Assembly: GCA_021325435.1 (NCBI GenBank)
Contig: JAJPHE010000160.1
Coordinates: forward strand, 10,202-74,201
Length of the DNA: 64,000 nt
Direction of reading: 5' to 3'
Source: Actinomycetota bacterium
GTDB lineage: Bacteria; Actinomycetota; Acidimicrobiia; Acidimicrobiales; JAJPHE01
Shown in pieces: positions 26,790 through 36,095 of the stretch. Positions within the stretch are counted from its first letter, which is position 1. Each line of letters begins with the position of its first letter. The notes below the pieces were generated by a model that was not told the DNA's origin, made no database searches, and saw nothing but the letters and a program-made list of their open reading frames with translations. The position numbers were made by a program, and so were the translations under genes.

Positions 26790-27785
26790 GTGTCCCCTCC
26801 CTACGACGTGGTCGCCGTCGGGCACGCCATCGTCGACGTGGTCGTCGCCGTGGAGGCGGAGGAACTGGCCGCCACCGGGCTGACGCCCGGGACGATGACC
26901 CTGATCGGGGAAGAGGAAGCCGAGCGGCTGTACGCCGCCGGGGCGGCGGGCCGCGAGGTCGCCGGTGGGTCGGCCGCCAACACGGCCGTCGGCGTGGCCT
27001 CCCTCGGTGGGTCGGCGGCCTTCGTCGGTCGGGTGGGCGACGACCGGCTGGGCAAGGTCTTCGTCGACGATCTGGCCGCCGTCGGCGTCGACTTCGACAC
27101 CCCTCCGGCGGCCGATGTGGACGGCACCGGGCGCTGCATCGTCTTCGTCACCCCCGACGGTGAGCGCACCATGCGCACCTATCTCGGCGCCGGCCCCCAC
27201 ATTGGCGAGGACTGTGTCGACGAGGCTCTCATCGGCGGTGCTCGCCTGGTGTATCTCGAGGGTTACCTCTGGGATGCGGCCTCGGCCGCCGCCGCCGTGG
27301 GGCGGGCCATCTCGCTCTCCAGGCGCTCGGGGGCGCAACTGGCCCTTTCGCTGTCGGATCCGGGTTGTGTGGAGCGCCATCGCGAGGAGCTGTCCGAGTT
27401 GCTCACCGCCGGCGCCGTCGACGTGCTCTTCGCCAACGAGGCGGAGATCGTCGAGCTCCTCGGCGCCGATGGCTTCGACTCTGCCGTCGAGGAGGTCGGA
27501 CGCCTGTGCCCGGTCGCCGCCCTGACCCGGGGCGAGCTCGGCTCGGTGGTCGTCACCGCCGCCGGAACCACCGCGGTACCGGCCCATCCGCCCCGGCGGG
27601 TGGTGGACACCACCGGCGCCGGAGACCTCTACGCCGCCGGCTTCCTGTACGGGATGTGCCGCCACCTGCCCCCCGAGGCCTGCGCCCGGCTGGGCGGGCT
27701 GGCCGCGGCCGAGGTCATCTCCGTCCTCGGCGGCCGGCCCCATGCGAGGCTGGCCGACCTGGCCGCCAAGTCCGGGCTGGTCTGA
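26790..27785 (+). CDS. PfkB-family sugar/nucleoside kinase (adenosine-kinase-like)
   Basis: N-terminus YDVVAVGHAIVDVV, GGSAANTAVG, and C-terminal VVDTTGAGDLYAAGFLYG. Start set at GTG 26790. Confidence 0.8.
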   Translation: MSPPYDVVAVGHAIVDVVVAVEAEELAATGLTPGTMTLIGEEEAERLYAAGAAGREVAGGSAANTAVGVASLGGSAAFVGRVGDDRLGKVFVDDLAAVGVDFDTPPAADVDGTGRCIVFVTPDGERTMRTYLGAGPHIGEDCVDEALIGGARLVYLEGYLWDAASAAAAVGRAISLSRRSGAQLALSLSDPGCVERHREELSELLTAGAVDVLFANEAEIVELLGADGFDSAVEEVGRLCPVAALTRGELGSVVVTAAGTTAVPAHPPRRVVDTTGAGDLYAAGFLYGMCRHLPPEACARLGGLAAAEVISVLGGRPHARLADLAAKSGLV

Positions 27786-27838
27786 GCGGCGGCCCAGGTC
27801 TGCTGCCCCCGGCGGCGGGGGCCCGGTACGGTGAGCCG

Positions 27839-28705
27839 GTGACCGCCGCCAACCCGTGGCTCGAGCGCCGGGTCCTCGCCTACGCCCACCAAGGCGGTGC
27901 CCGCGAGGCGCCTTCCAGCACGCTCTACGCCATGCACCGCGCCCTCGAGGCCGGGGCGACGGCCCTCGAGATGGACGTGCACGCCACCGCCGACGGGGAG
28001 CTGGTCGTGTGCCACGACTCGACCGTCGACCGCACGACCGACGGAACCGGCCCCATCGCCGCACTGACCCTCGACGCTCTGCGGCGGCTGGACAACGCCT
28101 ACTGGTTCGTTCCGGGCGAGGTGGCGGTGCGGGGCCGACCAGCGACCGACTACCCGTTGCGGGGCCGGGCGCCTGACGACGCCCAGCTGCGGATCCCGAC
28201 CCTCCGTGAGGTGTTGGAGGAGTTCCCGACCACCTTCCTCAACCTGGACATCAAACAGACGGCGCCGAACGTGTCCCCCTACGAGGCGGCCCTGGCCCGC
28301 CTCCTCGCCGAGCACGACCGGACCGACGACGTCATCGTCGCCTCCTTCCATGACGCCGCCACCCAGGCCTTCTCGGCAGTCTCGCCTCAGGTGGGAACGT
28401 CGCCCGGCACGCTCGGCGTCGGCGCCTTCTTCGCCGCCGTGCGCAAGGGGGTCGAGCCACCGGCGGTTGAGAGTTTTCGCGCCCTGCAGGTTCCCGTCCG
28501 GTTCGGGACGACCGTCATCGTCGACGAGGAGTTCGTGGGCGGCGCCCACGCCCACGGGCTGGCTGTGCACGTGTGGACCATCGACGACCCCGACGAGATG
28601 GGCCGCCTCGTCGACCTCGGCGTCGACGGCATCATGTCCGACGTCCCGTCGGTGCTGGCCAAGGTCCTGGACGACCGGGGGGCCACCTTCCGCGCCGGGC
28701 GGTGA
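27839..28705 (+). CDS. glycerophosphodiester phosphodiesterase (GDPD)
   Basis: AHQGGAREAPSSTLYAM..ALEMDVHATADGELVVCHDSTVDRTTDG and VHVWTIDD. Start set at GTG 27839. Confidence 0.85.
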   Translation: MTAANPWLERRVLAYAHQGGAREAPSSTLYAMHRALEAGATALEMDVHATADGELVVCHDSTVDRTTDGTGPIAALTLDALRRLDNAYWFVPGEVAVRGRPATDYPLRGRAPDDAQLRIPTLREVLEEFPTTFLNLDIKQTAPNVSPYEAALARLLAEHDRTDDVIVASFHDAATQAFSAVSPQVGTSPGTLGVGAFFAAVRKGVEPPAVESFRALQVPVRFGTTVIVDEEFVGGAHAHGLAVHVWTIDDPDEMGRLVDLGVDGIMSDVPSVLAKVLDDRGATFRAGR

Positions 28706-28714
28706 GGAGCTCCG

Positions 28715-30265
28715 TTAGGGACGCAGCCCCCGCGCCGTGGGCCCCGGGGCCCGCAGCGGCGCGGCCAGCCCGGCGAACTCGCACAGCAGCCGCCTGGTGT
28801 CGCGGGGGTCGATGATCTCCTCGACGAGGAAGGCCTCCGCCGTCCGGAAGGGGGAGCGGACCAGGTTCATGCGCTCCTCGATCTCGGCGCGGAGGGCGTC
28901 GGGGTCCTCCGCCTCCTCCAGCTGGGCCCGGAAGGCCGCTTCGATCCCTCCCTCGAGGGGCAGCGAGCCCCAGTCGCCCGAGGGCCACGCGTACCGGTAG
29001 GACAGCCGCGAGGCGTTCTGGTGGGCGGCGCCGGCCACCCCGAACACCCGGCGCAGGATGACCGAGCACCACGGGACCCGCGCTTGGTAGACGGCGGCGA
29101 GGGCGCGCGAGCCGTAACGGATGGTGGCGGCCTGCTCGGCCTGGGTGCCGATCACGAACCCCGGCTGGTCCACCAGGTGGACGACGGGCAGGTGGAAGGT
29201 GTCGGCCAGGTCCACGAAGCGGGTGACCTTCTCGGAGGCGGACGCCGTCCAGCCGCCGCCGTACTGGTAGGGGTCAGAGGCCAGTAGGGCCACCGGCCAG
29301 CCGTCCAGCCGGGCCAGCCCGGTGACGGCCGACCGCCCCCACAACCGTCCCATCTCGAGAAAGGAGCCCCGGTCGAACAAGGCCTCGATGATCGGGCGGA
29401 TCTTGTAGGCCTGGCGCCGCGAGCGGGGAACGGCCCCGATCAGCCACTCGTCGCCCCGCTGGGGGTCGTCGGTCGGCTCCGCCCGGGGGGGCAGCTCCCA
29501 GACTGATGGGGGCAGGTAGGAGAGGAAGCGCCGGGTGGCGGCGAAAGCTTCGTCCTCCGAGGAGACCTCGTCGTCCACCGCGCCGTTGCGGGCGTGGATG
29601 TGGCTGCCGCCGAGCTGTTCCTTGTCGACCTGCTCGCCGAGGCGGGCCACCACGGGCGGACCGGCCACGAAGACCTGGGACGTCCCCCGGACCATCACCG
29701 AGTAGTGGCTGCTGACCACCCGGGCCGCCCCCAACCCGGCCACCGAACCGAGGGCCAGGGCCACGACCGGAACCGACGCCAGGTTGTCGACCACCCACTC
29801 CCATCCGGGATTGGCCGGCACGTAGGTCCGTCCCGTCTGGTCGAGCGACTTGACCGAGCCCCCGCCTCCCGTGCCGTCCACGAGGCGTACGATCGGTATG
29901 CGCAGCTCGTTGGCCATCTGCTCGGCCATCACCTGCTTCTGGAAGATGGAGGCGTCGGCCGCTCCGCCCCGCACCGTGAAGTCGTCGCCTCCCACCACAA
30001 CCGGGCGCCCGTCGATACGGCCGCGGCCCATCACGAAGTTCGCCGGCATGAAGTCCGTCAGTTGGGACCCCTCGTAGGTGGCCTTGCCGGCCAGGGCGCC
30101 GATCTCGTGGAAGCTGCCCGGGTCGAGGAGGGCGTCGATCCGCTGGCGCACGGTCAGCTTGCCGCCGGCGTGCTGGCGGGCGACCTTGTCGGGTCCCCCC
30201 ATGCGCTGGGCCAGCTCCACCCGGCGGGCGAGCTCGTCGACCTCAGGCTGCCAGCTGTCCGTCAC
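28715..30265 (-). CDS. acyl-CoA carboxylase carboxyltransferase (beta) subunit
   Basis: Two carboxyltransferase halves (GKLTVRQRIDALLDPGSF...GRIDGRPVVVGGDDFTVRGG; ...GRLDGWPVALLASDP). Start assigned to GTG 30265, forming a GTGA overlap with the upstream stop. Confidence 0.9.
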   Translation of the reverse strand: MTDSWQPEVDELARRVELAQRMGGPDKVARQHAGGKLTVRQRIDALLDPGSFHEIGALAGKATYEGSQLTDFMPANFVMGRGRIDGRPVVVGGDDFTVRGGAADASIFQKQVMAEQMANELRIPIVRLVDGTGGGGSVKSLDQTGRTYVPANPGWEWVVDNLASVPVVALALGSVAGLGAARVVSSHYSVMVRGTSQVFVAGPPVVARLGEQVDKEQLGGSHIHARNGAVDDEVSSEDEAFAATRRFLSYLPPSVWELPPRAEPTDDPQRGDEWLIGAVPRSRRQAYKIRPIIEALFDRGSFLEMGRLWGRSAVTGLARLDGWPVALLASDPYQYGGGWTASASEKVTRFVDLADTFHLPVVHLVDQPGFVIGTQAEQAATIRYGSRALAAVYQARVPWCSVILRRVFGVAGAAHQNASRLSYRYAWPSGDWGSLPLEGGIEAAFRAQLEEAEDPDALRAEIEERMNLVRSPFRTAEAFLVEEIIDPRDTRRLLCEFAGLAAPLRAPGPTARGLRP

Positions 30266-30888
30266 GCCGTACCCGGCTGGCTCATGAAGGCCAGCTCCAC
30301 CGAGGACCCGCACGCCCGGTCGACGGTGGCGATCGAGCGCCCGGGCTGGAGGGCGGGGCGTACCGGGCGGAGGCGGTCGCCCAGGAGGGCGGCCGTCGCC
30401 TCTATGTCGCCCACGGTTATGGCCAGGCCCCAGAACCGGGGCGGGCCGTCCCCGCCCGCTTCGACCACCTCGAGGATCGTCTCGCCGATCCGGAAGAAGG
30501 CCATCGACATGGGTCGGGCCCCGTCGGGCGAGCGGCGGCGTCGCAGCAGCAGCCCGGCGTCCTGCAACAGCTCGACGGTCCGCTCGAATCGGGGGCTGCT
30601 CACCACGATGTGGTCGATCGCCACTGCGCCGTTGGGGTGGGAGGCGGATGCCGGGTCGGGGGGTCCGTCGCCGTCGACCAGGCGGGTGGGCAGCCCGTCG
30701 AGGTCAGCCGGTCCGCCCAGACCGCTCAGCGTCCACCAGGCGATGCCGGTCGATGCGCCTTCGGGCGGCGTGGCGCCGAGGTCGACCCGGACCGAGCCGA
30801 TGTGGCAGGTGCCCCCCTCTACCGCGAAGCCGAGGTCCTCCCACAGCGCGGGGGGGTCGGTCACCGCCATGGCGGTCACCGAGGGCAT
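30262..30888 (-). CDS. VOC/glyoxalase-like domain protein
   Basis: IDHIVVSSPRFERTVELLQDAGL...MAFFRIGETILEVVE resembles glyoxalase-like beta-alpha-beta-beta-beta modules. Family-level call only. Confidence 0.6.
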   Translation of the reverse strand: MPSVTAMAVTDPPALWEDLGFAVEGGTCHIGSVRVDLGATPPEGASTGIAWWTLSGLGGPADLDGLPTRLVDGDGPPDPASASHPNGAVAIDHIVVSSPRFERTVELLQDAGLLLRRRRSPDGARPMSMAFFRIGETILEVVEAGGDGPPRFWGLAITVGDIEATAALLGDRLRPVRPALQPGRSIATVDRACGSSVELAFMSQPGTA

Positions 30889-30922
30889 CAGCCGGGTGGC
30901 CGGGGCGCGGCCAGCCCGGTTG

Positions 30923-31006
30923 CTAACCGCGCCCGCAGTTGGGCTTCTTGCCGTGGTTGGCCGACTTCTTGCGCCGGGCCTTTCGCTTGACCGTTCGCTT
31001 CGACAT
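30923..31006 (-). CDS. 50S ribosomal protein bL37 (27 aa), not in the ORF track as a separate gene
   Basis: Minus-strand ATG (cat 31004-31006) to TAG (cta 30923-30925) encodes [27 protein letters not shown]. This matches my recollection of the mycobacterial bL37 pattern (basic N-terminus plus ANHGK-PN). Confidence 0.7.
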   Translation of the reverse strand: MSKRTVKRKARRKKSANHGKKPNCGRG

Positions 31007-31046
31007 GGGCGAGGAGCCTATTCCGGTGGCAGGTAGCCTCGCGGCC

Positions 31047-32129
31047 GTGGCGTCGGAGCGGCTTGGCATCGTCGGCCTGCCGAACTCAGGCAAGTCTTCG
31101 CTGTTCAACGCGTTGACGGGGGGCACGGCCGTGGTGGCGCCCCATCCGTTCTCCACCACCGAGACGAATGTCGGGGTGGCCCAGGTCCCCGACCCCCGCC
31201 TCGACGCTCTGTCGCAGATGAGCCACAGCCGCAAGACCGTGCACGCCACCGTCGAGCTGGTCGACATCGCCGGGCTGGTGGCCGGGTCTGCCGCCGGCGA
31301 GGGCCTGGGCAACCGGTTCCTAGCCGGCATCCGCGAGGTCGACGCCCTGCTCTACGTCCTGCGGGCCTTCGAGGATCCGAACGTCGTTGGCGGCGCCGAT
31401 CCGGTGGAGGATCTGTCGACCCTCGAGCTCGAGCTGGTGCTGGCCGACCTGGCCTCGGCCGAGCAACAGGCGGAACGGCGTCGCAAGGCGGCCAAGTCCG
31501 ACAAGTCGCTGGTCGGGGAGGTCGAAGCCCTGGACGCCGCCGTCGAGGTGCTGCAGGGCGGGACGCCGGTCTACCGGTCCACCCTGGGGCAGGGCACCCG
31601 GGTCGCCCTGCGCCCGTTCTTCCTCCTGACCAACAAGCCGATTCTCGCCGTGGTCAACCTGGGCGAGGAGCAGCTGCTCGACGCCGACGCCGTCGTCAAA
31701 CCCGTCGCCGACGAGCTGGGCGGCGCCGGCGACGTGCTCGGGGTGTGCGTGCAGCTCGAGGCGGAGGCGGCGCGCCTCGACCCGTCCGAGCGGGCCGAGC
31801 TGCTCGAGGGGCTGGGACTGGGGGAGGGGGCCCTGCCCCGGGTGGCGCGGGGCGCCTACCACGTCCTCGGTCGGCGCATGTTCTTCACGACCGGCGACAA
31901 GGAGTCGCGGGCGTGGGCCTTCCGCCAGGGGGCCCGGGCGCCGGAGTGCGCGGGCGTGATCCATTCCGACCTCCAGCGCGGCTTCATCCGAGCCGAGGTG
32001 ATCGGCTGGGAGGATCTGTTGGAGCTGGGCTCCTGGTCCCACGCCCGCGAGGCCGGCAAGCTGCGGGTCGAGGGGAAGGAATACGAGGTCGCCGACGGGG
32101 ACGTCCTCGAGATCAGGTTCAACGTCTGA
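31047..32129 (+). CDS. ychF: redox-regulated ATPase YchF (Obg-family)
   Basis: [19 protein letters not shown] (P-loop), [10 protein letters not shown], and C-terminal TGS-like [20 protein letters not shown] 31047 is preferred because ATG 31005 overlaps the bL37 start codon on the other strand. Confidence 0.9.
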   Translation: MASERLGIVGLPNSGKSSLFNALTGGTAVVAPHPFSTTETNVGVAQVPDPRLDALSQMSHSRKTVHATVELVDIAGLVAGSAAGEGLGNRFLAGIREVDALLYVLRAFEDPNVVGGADPVEDLSTLELELVLADLASAEQQAERRRKAAKSDKSLVGEVEALDAAVEVLQGGTPVYRSTLGQGTRVALRPFFLLTNKPILAVVNLGEEQLLDADAVVKPVADELGGAGDVLGVCVQLEAEAARLDPSERAELLEGLGLGEGALPRVARGAYHVLGRRMFFTTGDKESRAWAFRQGARAPECAGVIHSDLQRGFIRAEVIGWEDLLELGSWSHAREAGKLRVEGKEYEVADGDVLEIRFNV

Positions 32130-32138
32130 ACGGGGCGA

Positions 32139-32474
32139 GTGGTGGCGTGGCTGCTGCGAGAGGGCGAGGTGCTGGCGTCGCTGGAGGTGCTCGACTCCGT
32201 GCCCAGCCGGATGAAGGGGCTCATCGGCCGTGACAGAGTCGACTGCGCCGTCCTGTTGCCCCGGACGCGGGCCATCCACACCGTCGGCATGCGCTTCCCC
32301 ATCGACGTCGCCTTCTGCACCTCGGACATGAAGGTGGTGGCGACCATCACCAACGTTCGTCCCCTCCGGTTGTCGATGCCGCGCCTCAAGGCCAGCTGTG
32401 TGATCGAGGCCGAGGCGGGCTCGTTCGGGCGGTGGGGTCTTCGGGCCGGGGACCAGCTGGAGGTGAAGGGCTGA
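32139..32474 (+). CDS. DUF192 domain protein
   Basis: RMKGLIGRD...AIHTVGMRFPIDVAF...VIEAEAGSF matches the DUF192 (COG1430) pattern. Confidence 0.7.
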   Translation: MVAWLLREGEVLASLEVLDSVPSRMKGLIGRDRVDCAVLLPRTRAIHTVGMRFPIDVAFCTSDMKVVATITNVRPLRLSMPRLKASCVIEAEAGSFGRWGLRAGDQLEVKG

Positions 32475-33313
32475 CGGCCCCCCGCGAGGGGCTGCTCGTG
32501 GTGGTCGCCACGCCCATCGGCAACCTCGGCGATCTGTCCTCGCGGGCCGTCGCCGCCCTGCGGGGCGCGGATGTCATCGTGTGCGAGGACACCCGCCGCA
32601 CGCGTGCGTTGCTCTCCCACGCCGGTGTGACCGGCAAGCGGCTCGTCGCCCTCCCCGCCCCCCGCGAGGCGTCCGGGGTCGCCCAGCTGGTCGCCTGGCT
32701 GGGGGAGGGGAAGACCGTGGCCCTGGTCAGCGACGCCGGCACCCCGGCCGTGTCCGACCCCGGCGCCCGACTGGTGTCGGCCGCCACCTGCGAGGGCTAC
32801 CGGGTCGAGGCCGTCCCCGGGCCCTCGGCGCTGTTGGCCGCGCTGGTGGTCAGCGGCCTGGCGACCGACCGCTTCTGCTTCGAGGGGTTCCTGCCTCGCA
32901 AGGGCGCGGAGCGGCGGGCCCGGCTGACCTCCGTGGCCGCCGAGGAGCGCACCACGGTCCTCTACGAGGCGCCTCCCCGGGTGGCCGCCACCCTCGCCGA
33001 CCTGGCCGGGGCGTGTGGCGCCGGGCGGGCGGTGGTGGTCGCCCGCGAGCTGACCAAGCGGCACGAAGAGGTGTGGCGCGGCAGTCTGGGAGAGGCGGCG
33101 GCCTTGGCCGCGGCGGCCGAGCCGCGCGGGGAGCACGTGATCGTGCTGGCGGGGGGGCCGTCAACCGAACCGGTGGACGACGACCGCCTCGACACCGCCC
33201 TGCGCCAGCACATGTCGGCCGGAATGTCAGCGCGCGACGCCGCTCGGGTGGTGGCGGAGAAGCTGGCGGTCGGTCGCCGCCGGGCCTACGAGGCCGCCCT
33301 CAGGCTGCGATGA
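32432..33313 (+). CDS. rsmI: 16S rRNA (cytidine1402-2'-O)-methyltransferase
   Basis: LLVVVATPIGNLGDLSSRAVAALRGADVIVCEDTRRTRALL and LVSDAGTPAVSDPG. The start is ambiguous: GTG 32432, CTG 32471 (CTGA overlap, GGAGG 7 nt upstream) or GTG 32498. Confidence 0.85.
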   Translation: MGSSGRGPAGGEGLTAPREGLLVVVATPIGNLGDLSSRAVAALRGADVIVCEDTRRTRALLSHAGVTGKRLVALPAPREASGVAQLVAWLGEGKTVALVSDAGTPAVSDPGARLVSAATCEGYRVEAVPGPSALLAALVVSGLATDRFCFEGFLPRKGAERRARLTSVAAEERTTVLYEAPPRVAATLADLAGACGAGRAVVVARELTKRHEEVWRGSLGEAAALAAAAEPRGEHVIVLAGGPSTEPVDDDRLDTALRQHMSAGMSARDAARVVAEKLAVGRRRAYEAALRLR

Positions 33314-33331
33314 GCCCTGGGCCGGGTGGCC

Positions 33332-33601
33332 CTAGGGGGAGCCGGCCGAGAAGGACGGCCCCACCTCGCTGACGCCTGTCGTGCATTCACGGCAGATGAG
33401 CCGCTCGCGGAACGACCGCAGATCGTCCTCGGTGCCGCAGAAGACGCAGCCCTGGCGGACCTTGGTGAGCGTCACCGAGTCGCCTTTGACGGCGACCTCC
33501 AACTCGTCACCAGGGCTGATTCCGAGCATCCTTCGCAGCTCCACCGGGACCACGATGCGGCCCAGGTGGTCGATCCGCCGGGGGACTCCGGTCGAATTCA
33601 C
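33332..33601 (-). CDS. AbrB/MazE/SpoVT-family DNA-binding protein with a C-terminal Cys4 segment
   Basis: SpoVT-AbrB swapped-hairpin motif IDHLGRIVVPVELRRMLGISPGDELEV, followed by CVFCG...(13 aa)...CRECT. Confidence 0.75.
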   Translation of the reverse strand: MNSTGVPRRIDHLGRIVVPVELRRMLGISPGDELEVAVKGDSVTLTKVRQGCVFCGTEDDLRSFRERLICRECTTGVSEVGPSFSAGSP

Positions 33602-33640
33602 TGAGTGGCACCCCCTTCGCTATCTGTAGGGTTCTACGCG

Positions 33641-35149
33641 ATGGGCCGCCTCTTTCTGACGACTCCCATTTATTACGTAAATGACCTGCCCCATATCGGC
33701 CATGCCTACACCACCGTCATCGCCGACGCGGTGGCCCGGTGGCACCGACTGCGGGGGGACGAGGTCTTCTTCCTGACCGGCACGGACGAGCACGGGCTCA
33801 AGGTCCAGCGGGCGGCCGAGGCCAACGGGCTGTCCCCGAGCGAGCACGCCGACCGCACCGCGGCCCGCTTTCTCGAGACCTGGAAGCTGCTCGACATCGC
33901 CTACGACGATTTCATCCGCACCACCGAGCCCCGGCACCACCAGTCCGTCCAGGCGTTCCTCCAGAGGATCTACGACGGCGGCGACATCGAGCCCGACACC
34001 TACGAGGGTCTCTACTGCGTGGCCTGCGAGGGGTACTACAACGAGTCCGAGCTCGGCCCCGGCCTCACCTGTCCCATCCACGGGCGCCCGGTGGAGCACA
34101 TGTCGGAGCAGAACTACTTCTTCCGCCTCTCCCGGTACCAGCAGCCCCTTCTCGACTGGTACGCCGCCCACCCCGACGCCGTGCAGCCGGAGTCGAAGCG
34201 CAACGAGGCGCTCGGCATCATCCGCCAGGGGCTCGACGACGTGTCGATCACCCGAACCTCGCTGGACTGGGGGGTGCGCGTCCCCTGGGATCCCGCCCAC
34301 GTCTTCTACGTGTGGTTCGACGCCCTCATCAACTACGCCACGGCGATCGGCTACGGCGAGAAGCCCGATCGGTTCGACGCCTGGTGGCCGGCGGTCCACC
34401 ACATCATCGGCAAGGACATCCTTCGCTTCCACTGCGTCTACTGGCCGGCGATGTGCCTGGCCGCAGGCATCGATCCCCCGGCGCGCATCTCGGTCCACGG
34501 CTACCTGCTGGTCGGCGGGGAGAAGATGTCCAAGACCCGGCTCAACCAGATACACCCGGCCGACCTGGTCGCCGATTTCGGCGTCGACGGGTTCCGCCAC
34601 CACTTCCTGCGCGACGCCCCGTTCGGGCCCGACGGAGACTTCTCCTATGAGGGCATGGTCGCCCGCTACAACTCCGACCTGGCCAACAACCTGGGAAACC
34701 TCCAGGCCCGGGTGGCCACGGTCGTGGACCGCAAGTGCGGGGGTGTCGGGCCGGCGCCCCGCGCGGACTCGCCGCTGGCCGAGGTGGTGGCGGCCGCCCA
34801 CGCCCACGCCGACGACGCCTGGCGGCGGGTGGCGCCCAGCGAGGCGCTCGAGGCGACCTGGCGCATCGTGCGCGAGACGAACTCCCTGTTGGAGGCGGCC
34901 GAGCCGTGGAGGGCCGAGCCCGGCCCTGAGGTCGACGCCGTCCTGGGGGACGCCCTCGAGGCGCTGCGGGTGGTGTCCATCCTGGCCTCGCCGGCGGTGC
35001 CCTACGCCGCCGCGGAGATCTGGCGCCGCCTGGGGCTCGAGGGACGCCCCGAGGACCAGCGGCTGCCGGATGCGGTGCGCTGGGGCGGCTACCCGGGTGG
35101 GCTGCAGGTGATCCGGGGGGATCCCCTGTTCCCCCGCAAGCAGGATTGA
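33641..35149 (+). CDS. metG: methionine--tRNA ligase
   Basis: TTPIYYVNDLPHIGHAYT (HIGH) and GEKMSKTRLN (KMSKS). Start set at ATG 33641. Confidence 0.95.
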   Translation: MGRLFLTTPIYYVNDLPHIGHAYTTVIADAVARWHRLRGDEVFFLTGTDEHGLKVQRAAEANGLSPSEHADRTAARFLETWKLLDIAYDDFIRTTEPRHHQSVQAFLQRIYDGGDIEPDTYEGLYCVACEGYYNESELGPGLTCPIHGRPVEHMSEQNYFFRLSRYQQPLLDWYAAHPDAVQPESKRNEALGIIRQGLDDVSITRTSLDWGVRVPWDPAHVFYVWFDALINYATAIGYGEKPDRFDAWWPAVHHIIGKDILRFHCVYWPAMCLAAGIDPPARISVHGYLLVGGEKMSKTRLNQIHPADLVADFGVDGFRHHFLRDAPFGPDGDFSYEGMVARYNSDLANNLGNLQARVATVVDRKCGGVGPAPRADSPLAEVVAAAHAHADDAWRRVAPSEALEATWRIVRETNSLLEAAEPWRAEPGPEVDAVLGDALEALRVVSILASPAVPYAAAEIWRRLGLEGRPEDQRLPDAVRWGGYPGGLQVIRGDPLFPRKQD

Positions 35150-35967
35150 CCGGCCGCCCGGGCCCCGCCGAGGGATCGGTCGTGGGCGGGCCCGTGTGGA
35201 CCGATAGCCACTGCCACCTGCAGGACGAGGCCGACCCGGAGGGGGCGTGGGCGGCGGCGAGGGCCGCCGGCGTCGAGCGCCTCGTCTGCGTGGGCACCAA
35301 CGCCGCCTGGTCGCGCCGGGCCCTCGAGCTGGCCGACCGGCTCGGCCCCGGCGTCTACGCCACCGTCGGGCTGCATCCCCACGAGGCATCGGCCGGCACC
35401 TCCGAGGTGGCGGCCATGGTCGGGGAGCTGGCCGGGGATCCCCGTTTGGTCGGGGTGGGGGAGTGCGGTCTCGACTACCACTACGACAACTCGCCCCGCC
35501 CCGAGCAGCGGCGGGCGTTCGCTGAGCAGGTGGTCCTGGCCGCCCACCACCGGCTCACGCTCGTGATCCACACCCGCGAGGCGTGGGCGGACACCTTCGG
35601 GGTGCTCCAGGCCGAGGGAGTGCCGGAGCGGACGGTGTTCCACTGCTTCACCGGCGGCCCCGACGAGGCCCGCCGGTGCCTCGACCTGGGCGCCTACCTC
35701 TCCTTCTCGGGCATCGCCAGCTTCGCCAGCGCCGGTGACGTGCGCGAGGCGGCCAAGCTCTGCCCTGCCGACCGGTTGCTCCTGGAGACCGACTCGCCCT
35801 TCCTCACCCCGGCACCCCACCGGGGGCGGCCCAACACCCCCGCCTACCTGCCCCTGGTGGGCCGGGCGGTGGCCGCCGCCCGGGGCGAGGCGCCCGAGGT
35901 GTTGGCCGAGACGTCGAGCGGGGCGGCGGCCCAGGCTTTCGGCCTCCAGGGCGCTCGCGATAGTTAG
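35146..35967 (+). CDS. tatD: TatD-family metal-dependent hydrolase
   Basis: WTDSHCHLQDE, VGECGLDYHY, LVIHTREA, FHCFTG and LETDSPFLTP. TTGA overlap with metG. Confidence 0.85.
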   Translation: MTGRPGPAEGSVVGGPVWTDSHCHLQDEADPEGAWAAARAAGVERLVCVGTNAAWSRRALELADRLGPGVYATVGLHPHEASAGTSEVAAMVGELAGDPRLVGVGECGLDYHYDNSPRPEQRRAFAEQVVLAAHHRLTLVIHTREAWADTFGVLQAEGVPERTVFHCFTGGPDEARRCLDLGAYLSFSGIASFASAGDVREAAKLCPADRLLLETDSPFLTPAPHRGRPNTPAYLPLVGRAVAAARGEAPEVLAETSSGAAAQAFGLQGARDS

Positions 35968-35969
35968 CG

Positions 35970-35993
35970 CTCCGCTTGCAGGGGTAAGCGGAG
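35970..35993 (+). terminator. 8-bp hairpin 2 nt after the tatD stop
   Basis: CTCCGCTT-gcaggggt-AAGCGGAG. There is no U-tract. Confidence 0.35.
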
Positions 35994-36095
35994 TCCCTTA
36001 GCCTGCCCTGACTCCCGCCGGCGCTGGGGCCGGCGCTCGAGGGGCTCTCTTGCACCTGGCCCCTCCTCCCGACAACCGAGAGGAAGGACCACACC

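Noticed and set aside
31005-31007. ATG 31005 as the ychF start
   Set aside because: It interlocks with the bL37 start codon on the opposite strand and adds a non-conserved extension. GTG 31047 lies just before the P-loop strand.
33332-33601. The AbrB/MazE-fold gene as an antitoxin of a TA module
   Set aside because: No toxin-like ORF is adjacent on either side. The neighbours are rsmI and metG.
35968-36095. ydaO (c-di-AMP) riboswitch upstream of the wall-hydrolase gene, as occurs before some actinobacterial rpf genes
   Set aside because: I could not find the conserved ydaO blocks (GGGGACCCA, GGGUGAAUC, ACCUCGUA-like). Only a simple 8-bp hairpin after tatD is evident.
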